In this document: one piece after another, positions 1 through 9,358 of the stretch
Position numbering within the stretch: position 1 is the first letter of the stretch
Layout of the letters: each line of letters begins with the position of its first letter
NCBI GenBank assembly: GCA_963824095.1
Contig: CAWGNS010000008.1
Location: 833,272-897,271 of the forward strand
Reading direction: 5' to 3'
Length of the DNA: 64,000 nucleotides
Source of the DNA: Terriglobia bacterium
Lineage (GTDB): Bacteria; Acidobacteriota; Terriglobia; Bryobacterales; UBA6623
The notes under the pieces: model-generated
The model's database searches: none
Told to the model about the DNA's origin: nothing
Seen by the model: the letters and a program-made list of their open reading frames with translations, nothing else
Program-made: the position numbers and the translations under genes

Positions 1-620
1 AAAACCAATTCGGCGTAGCTGCTGTCCCAGCCCAGCAGATCGCTGAGGCGTAGCTCGGCGCCGGTCCGAATCAGCAGATCGACTTCGGGCGTGGCGGGCG
101 CATCGTGGGTGGCCTCGGCAATCGCCCGCGCGAGATCCTCCCGCCGCAGCGCCCCGTTGCCCCGCACGCGGCTGACCGCCCGCAGAATGGCGTCCTGCGC
201 GGAGTAGTCGACCGCAATGCGTAGCCGCAGGTGCGAGCCTGGCGCGGTTGCCCGCTCCGAGGCTTCGATCTCCGACACCAGCGAGGGCTCCAGCCGGTCG
301 CGGCGGCCCACTACCTTGATGCGGATTCCTTTTTCAACGCACCGCGGCGTCTCGGCGGCAAGGTAGCGCCGGAACAGCCGCATCAGAGCGTTGATTTCCG
401 CGCGCGGCCGCTTCCAGTTTTCGGTGGAAAAAGCGTACAGAGTGAGGGTGGCGATGCCCAGCGTGGGCGCCGCCTCGATCGTGCGACGCACCGCCTCGGC
501 GCCGGCGCGATGGCCTTCCACGCGGGGTTGCCCGCGCCGCTGCGCCCAGCGCCCATTGCCGTCCATGATGATGGCAACGTGCAATTCCTGCTCGTCTTTG
601 AGTAAAGTACTTGGACTCAT
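1..620 (-). CDS. uppS: Isoprenyl transferase / undecaprenyl-diphosphate synthase; 3' end runs off the left window edge
   Basis: Not in the supplied ORF track because it is open at the window edge. Manual reverse-complement translation from the ATG at 620-618 gives MSPSTLLKDEQELHVAIIMDGNGRWAQRRGQPRVEGHRAGAEAV...TLYAFSTENWKRPRAEI...LLIRTGAELRLSDLLGW. DGNGRWA and FSTENWKRP are cis-prenyltransferase signatures. Confidence 0.9.
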   Translation of the reverse strand, partial: MSPSTLLKDEQELHVAIIMDGNGRWAQRRGQPRVEGHRAGAEAVRRTIEAAPTLGIATLTLYAFSTENWKRPRAEINALMRLFRRYLAAETPRCVEKGIRIKVVGRRDRLEPSLVSEIEASERATAPGSHLRLRIAVDYSAQDAILRAVSRVRGNGALRREDLARAIAEATHDAPATPEVDLLIRTGAELRLSDLLGWDSSYAELV

Positions 621-641
621 AAAGTCTAGCCTCAAAAAAAT

Positions 642-1019
642 TTACTTCTCGCGGGTGGCCTGAATCAAGGCCTCCATGTGGTCCAGATAACGCTCCAGGG
701 CGCGTTGCCCGGCTCGCGTCAGCCGGTAGCGGGTCATCGGCATGCGGTTCTCGAACGACTTGGTGCACTCGACGTATTGCGCTTCCTCAAGCTTGCGCGC
801 GTGGACGCTCAAGTTGCCGTCGGTGATCTGCAGCAGTTTTTTCAGCTCCGTGAAGCTGAGCGATTCGTTGACCGCCAGCGCGCTCACGATGGCCAGCCGC
901 GTCCGCTCGTGGATCAGGCGATCGAGGCGCAAAGCCTCGCTGCTGGCGGCCTGCGGAACCAGCGCCGGCCCCTGCTCGCGATTCGCCGCGTTCTTCCGAG
1001 CTGCTCCCGATTTAGCCAC
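642..1019 (-). CDS. Small winged-helix (ArsR/MarR-like) transcriptional regulator
   Basis: ORF 642-1124 trimmed to the GTG at 1019, which overlaps the stop of the upstream membrane-protein gene by 8 nt. wHTH core: LDRLIHERTRLAIVSALAVNESLSFTELKKLLQITDGNLSVHARKLEEAQYV. Confidence 0.75.
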   Translation of the reverse strand: MAKSGAARKNAANREQGPALVPQAASSEALRLDRLIHERTRLAIVSALAVNESLSFTELKKLLQITDGNLSVHARKLEEAQYVECTKSFENRMPMTRYRLTRAGQRALERYLDHMEALIQATREK

Positions 1020-1626
1020 CGTATTTCCTCGCAATGACGAACCCGAACACGATGTGCAGGCCGCCGAAACCCACCGCCAGCCACGAGTCGGCCCAACTGG
1101 CCGGCGAAAGCAACGCCACGCCACCCAGCGCCATGAAGCACAGCCCCATCAGCGGAACCACGCGGACCGAAAACGAGCCGCCGGTCACGACGCCGCTGCC
1201 GTAGGTGAGCAGCCACGTGCCGGGCAGCGTCTGCACCTGGCCCAGGCGGTAGAGCGCCAGCGTCAGCACGGCGCCGGTCAGCATCGGGGGCGCCAGGCCG
1301 AACGCGAAATTGCGCAGCGGACGGTAGAAGTGCGATTTTTCGACGCCGCGCAGCTTGTGCGCCGTCGAGGCGGCAACGATCAGCACCGCGACGAACGCCT
1401 CCACCAGCCAGACGCTCACCCAGCGCTCCGCCGTCGGCTGCTCGCCGGCGATCCAGGCGGCGGCCAGCGCCGTCGCGCCGATGGCGACCGCTCCCCAGCC
1501 CGGCACGGCCGTGAACACCGCCGAGCGCTCCATCGTCTCGCGAATGAAACGTAGGTTGTCCATCGCGCGCGCGTGGAGGACGAGCGGTTCGGGCGGCGGC
1601 GGTGGAAGGCGGCTCGGAGAGGCCAT
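1012..1626 (-). CDS. Integral membrane protein of unknown function, translationally coupled to the wHTH regulator
   Basis: ORF track, 204 aa. Several hydrophobic helices (AVPGWGAVAIGATALAAAWIAG, VWLVEAFVAVLIVAAS, FGLAPPMLTGAVLTLALY, LMGLCFMALGGVALL, LAVGFGGLHIVFGFVIA). The start could instead be the internal MDNLRF ATG. Confidence 0.6.
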   Translation of the reverse strand: MASPSRLPPPPPEPLVLHARAMDNLRFIRETMERSAVFTAVPGWGAVAIGATALAAAWIAGEQPTAERWVSVWLVEAFVAVLIVAASTAHKLRGVEKSHFYRPLRNFAFGLAPPMLTGAVLTLALYRLGQVQTLPGTWLLTYGSGVVTGGSFSVRVVPLMGLCFMALGGVALLSPASWADSWLAVGFGGLHIVFGFVIARKYGG

Positions 1627-1667
1627 GTGAAACGATCATAGCAGGGCGGTATGCAGTTATGTCAAGT

Positions 1668-1684
1668 ACTTTGTAATGCAAAGT
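1668..1684. promoter_or_regulatory. Palindrome ACTTTG-N5-CAAAGT in an AT-rich patch upstream of the membrane-protein/wHTH operon (candidate operator)
   Basis: Read directly: ACTTTG at 1668-1673 and CAAAGT at 1679-1684, about 40-55 nt upstream of the start at 1626. The local AT-richness contrasts with the GC-rich surroundings. Confidence 0.3.
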
Positions 1685-1700
1685 TAAGATTGGGGTCTTG

Positions 1701-1832
1701 AGGAGAGGCAAAAGGCAAAAGGTAAGAGGAAATCGGCACAGGGGAAGACCGCAGGGAGCAGAGACGACGGCAGAGAGAGGGAAGCGGAAGGCGGCAACAG
1801 GCGCACAAGGAAAACAGACAGGATTGTCTGTT
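1701..1832 (-). repeat. R2 composite repeat: hairpin AACAGACA-GGAT-TGTCTGTT (1813-1832) plus a strongly purine-rich tract (CU-rich on the minus strand) with GGCAAAAGGCAAAAGG motifs. It sits immediately 3' of etfA and is terminator-like.
   Basis: The same hairpin-plus-tract architecture recurs at 18551-18622 and 44840-44911. On the minus strand the hairpin follows the etfA stop (1839) and is followed by TTTTCCTT. Confidence 0.7.
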
Positions 1833-1838
1833 CCACGT

Positions 1839-2816
1839 TTAGGATTCCTTGAGCTTCTCGATCAGCGCCGGCACGACTTCGAACAAGTCGCCGACGATCC
1901 CGTAGTCGGCGATCTCGAAGATGGGCGCGCTTTCGTCCTTGTTGACGGCGACGATGGTTCGCGAGCCTTTCATGCCGACGACGTGTTGAATCGCCCCGGA
2001 AATGCCCAGCGCCAGGTAAAGTTTCGGGGCGACGGTCTGCCCGGAGCTGCCGATCTGACGCTCGAGCGGCAACCAGCCGCTGTCGCAGATCGGCCGCGAC
2101 GCCGCGATTTCGCCTCCCAGCAGCTTCGCCAGTTCTTCGGCCATGGGTATATTTTCGGGCTCTTTGATGCCGCGGCCGACCGAAACGATGATCGGGGCCG
2201 ACGACAGGTCGACCTCGCCCTTCGACTCGCGAAACGGCTCCTGCGGGTGGGTCCGGATCTGCGCGGCCTCGATCGTGATGTCGACAGCGCGCAGTGCGGC
2301 GGGCGTTTCGGCCATCGCCGCCGAGTCCGCGCGAAAGGCTCCCGATTGCACCGAGACGAAATACGGCGCCCCGCCCTCGACACTGACATCCGCGTTCAAC
2401 TTGCCCTGAAAAAGCTGCCGCACGAAAACCAGGCCATTGTCTTCGCGGCGTACGCCGATTACATCGCTAACCAGGGACTTGCCGAAGGCCGTGGCGAGCT
2501 TGGGCGCGAAATCGCGCACCTGGTAGGTGTGAGGAAAAACCACCACCTCGGGCTGCAGGGTTTCGATGACCTGGCGCAGCGCGATGCTGAAACCGTCGGG
2601 AGTGTAATCGCGCAGCAGTTCGTGGCCGGCCGTGAGCACTTCGGCCAATTGAAATTTCGCCGCCTCGGGCGCGATAGATTCAAGCGCGGCGCCCACCACC
2701 ACGGCAACCGCATCGGTTTCGAGCAGACCGCCGATCTGCTGGCCCGCGGCAACGGCCTCCCACGACATCTTGTGCCACTTGCCGGCCTGCTGCTCAGTGA
2801 CGATCAGAACGCTCAT
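1839..2816 (-). CDS. etfA: Electron transfer flavoprotein subunit alpha
   Basis: ORF 1839-3275 trimmed to the ATG at 2816 (MSVLIVTEQQ...), which overlaps the etfB stop as ATGA. C-terminal FAD-binding motifs are present: VSVGRGI, PICDSGWLPLERQIGSSGQTVAPKLYLALGISGAIQH. Confidence 0.9.
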   Translation of the reverse strand: MSVLIVTEQQAGKWHKMSWEAVAAGQQIGGLLETDAVAVVVGAALESIAPEAAKFQLAEVLTAGHELLRDYTPDGFSIALRQVIETLQPEVVVFPHTYQVRDFAPKLATAFGKSLVSDVIGVRREDNGLVFVRQLFQGKLNADVSVEGGAPYFVSVQSGAFRADSAAMAETPAALRAVDITIEAAQIRTHPQEPFRESKGEVDLSSAPIIVSVGRGIKEPENIPMAEELAKLLGGEIAASRPICDSGWLPLERQIGSSGQTVAPKLYLALGISGAIQHVVGMKGSRTIVAVNKDESAPIFEIADYGIVGDLFEVVPALIEKLKES

Positions 2817-3604
2817 AGCACGCGTGCCTCGAAGCGGAGCTTTTCGATCAGCTTGGCCGCCGCTTCCTTGGCCGAGCCTTCCAGAAACTGCGTCTGCTTG
2901 GCGCTTTGGGGGGCGTAGAGCTTGCGAATCGTCTGCGCCGAGCCGAGGCTCACGCCGAGATCCGCGGGTGTGTAGCGTTGCAGCGGCTTGCTCTTCGCCT
3001 TCTTGATTCCCATCAACGTCGCGTAGCGCACTTTGTTGATGCCCGACTGAATGGTCAGCAACGCCGGCAGGGGCATCTCGACGTGCTGGAACCAGCCGGC
3101 CTCGAGCTCGCGCTTGACGCGAATCGCAGTACCGCCCGTGATCTCGCCGACTTCCATGATGCCAACCTCCATGATGATCGTGCCGTGCGGCAGCCCCAGC
3201 AGTTCGGCCAGCGCCACGCCCACCTGCCCGAATCCGGCGTCGTCCGACTGCAGCCCGGTGAGCACCAGGTCGCATTGCTCCTTGCGCAGGGCGGCCGCCA
3301 GCGCCCGCGCCGTCGCCAACGCATCGCTGCGCGCGAAGCCGTCGTCCTCGATCAGAATGCCGCGGTCGGCTCCCTTGGCGAGCGCTTCGCGGATGGTCGA
3401 CGCCGCGCGCGCCGGCCCGGCGGTCACCGCCACGACTTCGCCGCCGTGCTTCTCTTTCAGGCGCAGCCCTTCCTCGAGCGCGTAGGCGTCGGGCTCGTTC
3501 ATTTCATAGACGAGGTTGCTGTCGTCGACCCAGTCGCCGGCGGCGTTGACGCGGATCAAGGCGTCGCGGGCGGGAACCTGTTTGAGGCAGACGAAAATAT
3601 TCAT
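2813..3604 (-). CDS. etfB: Electron transfer flavoprotein subunit beta
   Basis: ORF track, 263 aa: MNIFVCLKQVP...YEMNEPDAYALEEGLRLKE...VVAVTAGP...DLVLTGLQSDD. Classic EtfB N-terminus, and the gene is coupled to etfA. Confidence 0.9.
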   Translation of the reverse strand: MNIFVCLKQVPARDALIRVNAAGDWVDDSNLVYEMNEPDAYALEEGLRLKEKHGGEVVAVTAGPARAASTIREALAKGADRGILIEDDGFARSDALATARALAAALRKEQCDLVLTGLQSDDAGFGQVGVALAELLGLPHGTIIMEVGIMEVGEITGGTAIRVKRELEAGWFQHVEMPLPALLTIQSGINKVRYATLMGIKKAKSKPLQRYTPADLGVSLGSAQTIRKLYAPQSAKQTQFLEGSAKEAAAKLIEKLRFEARVL

Positions 3605-3612
3605 GGGAGGTG

Positions 3613-3634
3613 GAACAGACCATCCTGTCTGTTC
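3613..3634 (-). repeat. R2 hairpin copy (GAACAGAC-CATCCT-GTCTGTTC) between the etfB start and the fabF end
   Basis: Read directly. 8-bp stem; the loop is the reverse complement of the GGAT-type loop seen in other copies. Confidence 0.7.
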
Positions 3635-3741
3635 AAGTGCGGACCGCTACGGCTTCCGGTCCTTTCGCCAAGCGGCGCATCGGCACTACTTGTGCAACGC
3701 CTCGGGCGTTCAAAGGACCGACAAGATTCTCTGTCCCGCGG

Positions 3742-4980
3742 TTACTCGGAGTACCGCCGGAAAATCAACGCGCCGTTAGTGCCGCCGAAACCGAACGAGT
3801 TGGTCAGCGCGTATTCCATCTCGAGCCGGCGCGCCTGGTTCGGAATATAGTCGAGGTCGCAACCCTCGTCGGGCGTGACGTAGTTGATGGTGGGCGGCGC
3901 GATCTGGTCCCGCAAGGCTAGCGCGATGACGCCCGCTTCGAGACCGCCGGCGCCGCCCAGCAGATGCCCGGTCATCGATTTGGTGGAACTTACCGCGAGC
4001 CGCGCGGCGTGCTCGCCGAAGGCTTGCTTGATGGCGCTGGTTTCGATGCGGTCGCCCACCGGCGTCGAGGTGCCGTGCGCATTGACGTAGGCGATGTCGC
4101 TGGGGCCGATGCCGGCGTCCGCGATGGCGTTGCGCATCACCCGGCAGGCGCCTTCGCCGCTTTCGGGCGGCGAAGTCATGTGGAAGGCGTCGCCGCTCAT
4201 GCCGTAGCCGACGATCTCGGCGATGATCGGAGCGTTGCGGGCGACGGCGTGGCCGATCTCTTCGAGGATCAGCACTCCGGCGCCCTCGCCGACCACGAAC
4301 CCATCGCGGTCGCGGTCCCAGGGGCGGCTGGCGTGCTCCGGGTCGTCATTGCGGGTCGATAGCGCCCGCATGGCGGCAAAGCCGCCGACCCCCATCGGCG
4401 TAATGGCGGCTTCGGCGCCTCCGCAAATCATCACATCGGCGTCGCCGCGCTCGATGATGCGGTAGGAATCCCCGACCGCGTGGGCGCCGGTGGTGCAGGC
4501 CGTGGCCGTGGCGGAATTGGGCCCCTTGGCCCCTAGCCGGATCGACACATGGCCCGACGCCAGGTTGACGATACTGGCGGGAATGAAAAACGGCGAGATC
4601 CTCCGCGGGCCGCCTTCCAGCAGCGCGCGGTGCTCCCGCTCGATCACGTCGAATCCCCCGATGCCACTGCCGATGTACACCCCGGTGCGGTCCGCGTTGT
4701 CGGGCGTTACTTTCAACCGCGCCTGCGCGACGGCGGCTTCGGTCGCCGCCAGCGCGAAGAAGATGAATCGCCCCATCTTCTTGATGTCTTTCGGAGTGAC
4801 GTAATTGAGGGGATCGAAGTTTTTGACTTCGCCGGCGATACGGCACGAAAAGCCGGTCGGGTCGAACAAGGTGATCGGGCCAATGCCGCCTCGCCCTTCG
4901 CAAAGGGCTTGCCAAGTCTCTACCGTGCCAATTCCCACCGGAGAAATCAGGCCAACCCCGGTTACGACAACCCTTCGCAA
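3742..4980 (-). CDS. fabF: Beta-ketoacyl-ACP synthase II
   Basis: ORF track, 412 aa. KAS II motifs are present: ATACTTGAHAVG (active-site Cys), VNAHGTSTPVGD, SSTKSMTGHLLGGAGGLE, NSFGFGGTNGALIF. It lies directly downstream of acpP. Confidence 0.95.
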   Translation of the reverse strand: MRRVVVTGVGLISPVGIGTVETWQALCEGRGGIGPITLFDPTGFSCRIAGEVKNFDPLNYVTPKDIKKMGRFIFFALAATEAAVAQARLKVTPDNADRTGVYIGSGIGGFDVIEREHRALLEGGPRRISPFFIPASIVNLASGHVSIRLGAKGPNSATATACTTGAHAVGDSYRIIERGDADVMICGGAEAAITPMGVGGFAAMRALSTRNDDPEHASRPWDRDRDGFVVGEGAGVLILEEIGHAVARNAPIIAEIVGYGMSGDAFHMTSPPESGEGACRVMRNAIADAGIGPSDIAYVNAHGTSTPVGDRIETSAIKQAFGEHAARLAVSSTKSMTGHLLGGAGGLEAGVIALALRDQIAPPTINYVTPDEGCDLDYIPNQARRLEMEYALTNSFGFGGTNGALIFRRYSE

Positions 4981-5027
4981 GAAAAACAGCTCCCTTCCAT
5001 GTGGACAACAAGGCCCGGATTCACGGA

Positions 5028-5264
5028 CTACTTCTTCTTGTGGGCTTCGATGTATTTGATGGCGTCGTCAACGGTGCGGATTTTCTCGGCCTCGTCGTCA
5101 GGGATCTCGATATTGAAAGCCTCCTCAAACGCCATGATCAGCTCGACAATGTCGAGCGAATCGGCATTCAAGGTCTCCACGAACGAAGCGTCTCGGGCCA
5201 CTTCGGACTCTTCCACGCTTAGCTGCTCGCAGATGATCTGCTTCACTTTCTGCTCAACGTCCAT
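5028..5264 (-). CDS. acpP: Acyl carrier protein
   Basis: ORF 5028-5327 trimmed to the ATG at 5264: [58 protein letters not shown]. The DSLD phosphopantetheine attachment motif is present. Confidence 0.95.
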   Translation of the reverse strand: MDVEQKVKQIICEQLSVEESEVARDASFVETLNADSLDIVELIMAFEEAFNIEIPDDEAEKIRTVDDAIKYIEAHKKK

Positions 5265-5423
5265 GTATCCTCCGGAAAACGTCTCGGGCAAACCTTTGAT
5301 TCTAGCGGTGGGGCGGGCGGCGCGCAAGCCAGGGGGGCCCGGCCCCGGGGGGACTGTCCGCGCCCCGCCCGGTCCTAGGCAACCCGGCCCCCGCCGGCGA
5401 AGGGTCGTTGGCCAAGGTCCCCG

Positions 5424-7151
5424 CTAATTTTTCGCCAGTCCATAGGCCCGGTGCACATCGTTCAGCATCAACGTGCCAAGCAGGCGATTGGGGTTGGCGC
5501 GGCTGGAAACCGGCAGGATGGGATAGGGCCCCAGCAGGCGCATCGCCGAATCGAGCGATAGGTCGGGGTACAGGCGAATGACCGCCCGCGCCATTACGGC
5601 CTCGTCCACGGCCTCCTCCCCCTGGCCCGCCTCCACGGCCTTCTCGAGGTCTTTGCTATCGAGCCAGGACCACTGCCCCCAATCGGAAGAGACCAGTGCC
5701 TGCTGCATGCCGGCGGCCTCCATCTTCTTCAGAGCCTCGTCGACGGTGGTGCGCGCCTGCAGCACTCGCGACGAGTCGCTGCTCATGGCGTCTTCCACAG
5801 TCAGCATCGGCGCCTCGCGCTGCTCTTCGACCGAGGGCAGATCGAGGCCGTCCTGCTGGCCGACGGCGTGGAACAGCGAGTCGTGCTGCATGCTGCGCGA
5901 AATCAGGTAAGCGATGGTGTTGGCGATCATCGCCGGCAGAATGATGACATAGCTGGCGCTGACTTCGAAGACCATGAAGACCGAGGTCATTGGCGCGCGG
6001 AACGAGCCGGCGAAAAAGGTGCCCATCCCCACCAGCACGTAGGAGCCGACCGAACTGGTGGGCAGCGGCGAATAGGCGGTCGCCAGCCCCCCGAAACCGC
6101 CGCCGACCATGGCGCCGATGAACAGGGCGGGGGCGAACATGCCGCCGGGTACGCCGGTGCTGAAGCACAGCGCTACCGTCACCACTTTCAAAACCCCGAA
6201 GATCAGCAGCACGTACCACGGAAACTGATCGTGCATGGCGCTATCGATGGTGCCGTACCCGGCCCCGAGTACGCCCGGATACCAGTAGCCCACGATCCCG
6301 GCCAGTAAACCCGCGGCGGCCGGCAGGATATAGCGATATTGCTGCGGCAGGCCGATGATGTGGCTGCGCAGACGCACGGTGTAGCGCGTGAACCAGGCGG
6401 AGAGCACTCCCCCCACGACCCCGATCAAGGCGTATACCAGCAATTCGGTGGGGTGCGCGATCGTAAATACCGGCACCTGGAACAGCGGCTCGTCGCCCAG
6501 ATACCAGCGGCTGACCACCACCGCCGACACCGCCGACAAAACGATCGAACCCAGCACGCCGGCGTTCCAGGAGGCGACCACTTCCTCCATCACGAACAGC
6601 ACCGCCGTAATGGGCGTATTGAACGCGGCGCCGATACCCGCGGCGGCTCCGATCGGCGCGATCAAGCGCATGTTTTCGCGGGTGAGGTGGAACAGCCGGC
6701 CCAGCAGCGAGGCGACGCCCGCGCCCATTTGCAGCGCCGGGTCCTCGGGACCCATCGGGTTGCCCGAACCGATCGAGACCGCGCTGGCCAGGAATTTGCC
6801 CACGACGCTGCTGAACGGCACATAGCCGTCGGAGACGTACAGCGCCGCCTTGGTATAGTTCACGCCGCTGCTGCGCGCCGTGCGGAAGAACAGAATCACC
6901 AGCAGCGACCCGATCGTAGCTCCGAGCGAAGGGAGAAAAACCGTACCCCAGCCCTGCGAACCGGGCACGTGGATCGCGTTCCAGGCCAGAAATTCGATCG
7001 AGATGTGGAAACAGACCACCAGCAGGCCCGCGAAAATGCCGATGATGATCGACAGCAGCAGGAAACGCTGCGTCTCGCCCATCTTGGGAGTGTTGCGCAG
7101 GATTTCCGCCAGGCGCTTGGGAATCTTCAGGAGTAGGGCTACAGGTTGCAT
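5424..7151 (-). CDS. ClC-family voltage-gated chloride channel / H+-Cl- antiporter with a C-terminal CBS pair
   Basis: ORF track, 575 aa, polytopic. ClC-type motifs GSGNPMGPEDP and GVPGGMFAP are present. The C-terminal ~130 aa are soluble and CBS-like (VEDAMSSD...LGTLMLNDV). Confidence 0.85.
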   Translation of the reverse strand: MQPVALLLKIPKRLAEILRNTPKMGETQRFLLLSIIIGIFAGLLVVCFHISIEFLAWNAIHVPGSQGWGTVFLPSLGATIGSLLVILFFRTARSSGVNYTKAALYVSDGYVPFSSVVGKFLASAVSIGSGNPMGPEDPALQMGAGVASLLGRLFHLTRENMRLIAPIGAAAGIGAAFNTPITAVLFVMEEVVASWNAGVLGSIVLSAVSAVVVSRWYLGDEPLFQVPVFTIAHPTELLVYALIGVVGGVLSAWFTRYTVRLRSHIIGLPQQYRYILPAAAGLLAGIVGYWYPGVLGAGYGTIDSAMHDQFPWYVLLIFGVLKVVTVALCFSTGVPGGMFAPALFIGAMVGGGFGGLATAYSPLPTSSVGSYVLVGMGTFFAGSFRAPMTSVFMVFEVSASYVIILPAMIANTIAYLISRSMQHDSLFHAVGQQDGLDLPSVEEQREAPMLTVEDAMSSDSSRVLQARTTVDEALKKMEAAGMQQALVSSDWGQWSWLDSKDLEKAVEAGQGEEAVDEAVMARAVIRLYPDLSLDSAMRLLGPYPILPVSSRANPNRLLGTLMLNDVHRAYGLAKN

Positions 7152-7154
7152 CGG

Positions 7155-8363
7155 CTAGCGGGCCAGCTTTTCGAGCACGTGCTGCAGGGCACTGTCGCTG
7201 CTACCGGAGCCGGGGCAGAGACTTTCGCCGGCCCTCCACAGCTTCTCGGCGAGGGAGATGTTGGCTTCGATGGCCTCGTCGCTCGGCTTCTGTTTCGTCT
7301 TGCCTCGCAGGTCCCGGGCTTGCTGCAGCGAGGGACGCAGATCGGGCGGGGCGGGCTTGGGAGGTCCAACCAGCTTGTCTCCCAGCGGATTCAGACAGGC
7401 CTCCACCAGGCCCAGGGCTCGCGACACCAGCTCCAGGCTGCGGCGATGGCGATTGCCCAAGCTGAGGCCGCGGCGCGTGGTGTCGAGCCGGTTGATGTCC
7501 TCGCACAACGACAGCCGGGCCTGAATTTCGGCATCCCCGGGGTTCAGCCGCAGAGCGCGCACCAGATAAGTTTGGGCCGTTACGTAGTTGCCCTGCTCGA
7601 ATTGCGACTCCGCATAGCCCACCAACGCTTCCACGTCGTTGGGACGGGTGTTGGAGAGTTGTTCGAAGACGGTGGCGGCGTTGTCGGGCGCCCCGGCCTC
7701 CAGCAGCAGCCGCCCGATCGTTTTCTGCACATCGGGGCGGGCGGGTGCCTCTCGCATCAAATCGAGCAGCTCGCTGACCGCGCGCATGTTCTCACCGTGC
7801 GCCCGCAGCAGCGCCACCAGCTCGAAACGCGTCGCCAGCCGGTTCTCCTCCGGGTCGCGCGGCCATTGCCCGAAAATCGCCGTGCGGTAGTAGCTGACCG
7901 CTTCGTCGACGCGCCCTTCCCGAGCCGCGATCCGGGCGAGCAGGCGATTGACCACGGCCAGAGTGGGGTGATCCTGCCGCAGCTCCAGAAGGCGGTTTTC
8001 GGCCTCGTTGTAGCGCTCCATGCCGTAGAGCGCCAGCGCCAGGCCCAGTTGGTAGTCGACATTGTCGCGCGAGTAGGTCAGTGCTTCGCGGTAATGCTCG
8101 ATCGCTTGTTTGTGATAGCCGTAGTCCGACAGCGTGCGGGCGATGCGGGCATGCTCTTCGGCCCGGCTGCGCTGCTCGGCGCGAAACGAGGAATTGTAGA
8201 ACCCGGTAACAATGAACAACAGGATCATCGTGCCGAAGATGGCGAGCAACATCTGCGGCGTCGAACCCACGGTCGAAGAGATGCGGCTTTTGCAGTGAGG
8301 ACACTCAGCGCCCGCGTGCGGAATCTCGTGGTAGCAAATCAGACAAACGTACTTTTCCGCCAT
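7155..8363 (-). CDS. Zinc-ribbon, single-TM, TPR-repeat protein
   Basis: ORF track, 402 aa. N-terminal CxxC...CxxC (CLICYHEIPHAGAECPHCK), then a TM helix (MLLAIFGTMILLFIVTGF), then multiple TPR-like repeats. Its stop lies 4 nt before the ClC start. Confidence 0.75.
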   Translation of the reverse strand: MAEKYVCLICYHEIPHAGAECPHCKSRISSTVGSTPQMLLAIFGTMILLFIVTGFYNSSFRAEQRSRAEEHARIARTLSDYGYHKQAIEHYREALTYSRDNVDYQLGLALALYGMERYNEAENRLLELRQDHPTLAVVNRLLARIAAREGRVDEAVSYYRTAIFGQWPRDPEENRLATRFELVALLRAHGENMRAVSELLDLMREAPARPDVQKTIGRLLLEAGAPDNAATVFEQLSNTRPNDVEALVGYAESQFEQGNYVTAQTYLVRALRLNPGDAEIQARLSLCEDINRLDTTRRGLSLGNRHRRSLELVSRALGLVEACLNPLGDKLVGPPKPAPPDLRPSLQQARDLRGKTKQKPSDEAIEANISLAEKLWRAGESLCPGSGSSDSALQHVLEKLAR

Positions 8364-8470
8364 TCGACTGACTTCAGGATAGCTTTTCGAGGGAGAGGAT
8401 TGCCACGCAGGGCCGATTGCAGACGCGAATCGTCACCAGCGGGGATGGTCGAACGCGGAGGCGGCGCGCG

Positions 8471-9358
8471 TCAGGAGCGCTTGGCGTTGGGGGTGAAGGC
8501 GGCAAGGGAGGCGCGAATCTGTTCGGCGAAACCTTCGAGCTTTTCCGCGGTGGCCGCGTGGTCGGGCAGCGGCAGCCTAGCGAGGATCTCGGCGACCGAT
8601 TGGCTGGAGGGCTCGTCCAGAACGTGAAACCCGATACGATTGGCAACCTGGTGAGCGGCGGTGACGATCGAAAGCAGGGACGCGTCGATGGGTTCGGCTC
8701 CGTGGTGTAGTGAGATCGCCTCCACGAAGTCGTCGGGGAGGTTCCAGTGCCGTGCCAGCCATGCGCCGGCGGCGCAATGGTCGACGTCGAACAGCTCCCA
8801 TTCGCACTCCAACTCGTCGAAATCGTTCTCGCGCGCCACGACGAACAGGTTGTTGTACTCGACCGGATAGCAGGTCAGCAGCGCCAGGCGGCCGATGTCG
8901 ACAAGCAGGCCCGCCGTATAGGCGCGGTCTTTGGGCTGGTTCATGGCCTCGGCCAGTTGCTCGGCGATCAAGGCGCAGGCGACGCTGTGATCCCAACACA
9001 TCCGCAGGCCATGGACGCGCATGAAACTGCGCGAGAAGCGGCTGAGCGCGACGGTCAACGCCAGGCGCTTGACGACTTCGGTGCCCAGCACCACGACTGC
9101 GTGGGAGATATTGTCGATGCGACGGCTCAGCCCGTAGAGCGCCGAATTGGACACCCGCAGGATTTCGGCCGAGAGCGCCGGGTCGATGCGCAGCAGCCCG
9201 ACGATCTTCTTGATGGGGGCGTCGGTGTCGTCGAGCAGGCTCATCAACTGCAGCGCCACGGCCGGAAACGGCGGCAAGGCGTGCAGCGCCCACGGTTTTT
9301 TCTCTTCCGATTCCGTAGTGGTCGTTTCGGGAGCGGGGGGCTGGGCAGTCGTTTTCAT
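8471..9358 (-). CDS. HDOD-domain signalling protein
   Basis: ORF track, 295 aa. Typical HDOD sequence: LPPFPAVALQLMSLLDDTDAPIKKIVGLLRIDPALSAEILRVSNSALYGLSRRIDNISHAVVVLG...HCAAGAWLARHWNLP. Confidence 0.8.
   Translation of the reverse strand: MKTTAQPPAPETTTTESEEKKPWALHALPPFPAVALQLMSLLDDTDAPIKKIVGLLRIDPALSAEILRVSNSALYGLSRRIDNISHAVVVLGTEVVKRLALTVALSRFSRSFMRVHGLRMCWDHSVACALIAEQLAEAMNQPKDRAYTAGLLVDIGRLALLTCYPVEYNNLFVVARENDFDELECEWELFDVDHCAAGAWLARHWNLPDDFVEAISLHHGAEPIDASLLSIVTAAHQVANRIGFHVLDEPSSQSVAEILARLPLPDHAATAEKLEGFAEQIRASLAAFTPNAKRS

Noticed and set aside
1698-2918. 406-aa plus-strand ORF starting in the purine-rich tract and running antisense through etfA
   Set aside because: The N-terminus is simply the translated R2 purine tract (KRQKVRGNRHRGRPQG). 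The rest is the etfA shadow frame.
3146-3175. In-frame 15-nt tandem duplication in etfB giving IMEVG-IMEVG
   Set aside because: The two units differ at three bases, all of them synonymous third-codon positions (GAG/GAA, GTT/GTC). It is therefore an old, tolerated 5-aa duplication in a loop region rather than an assembly artefact or a functional novelty.
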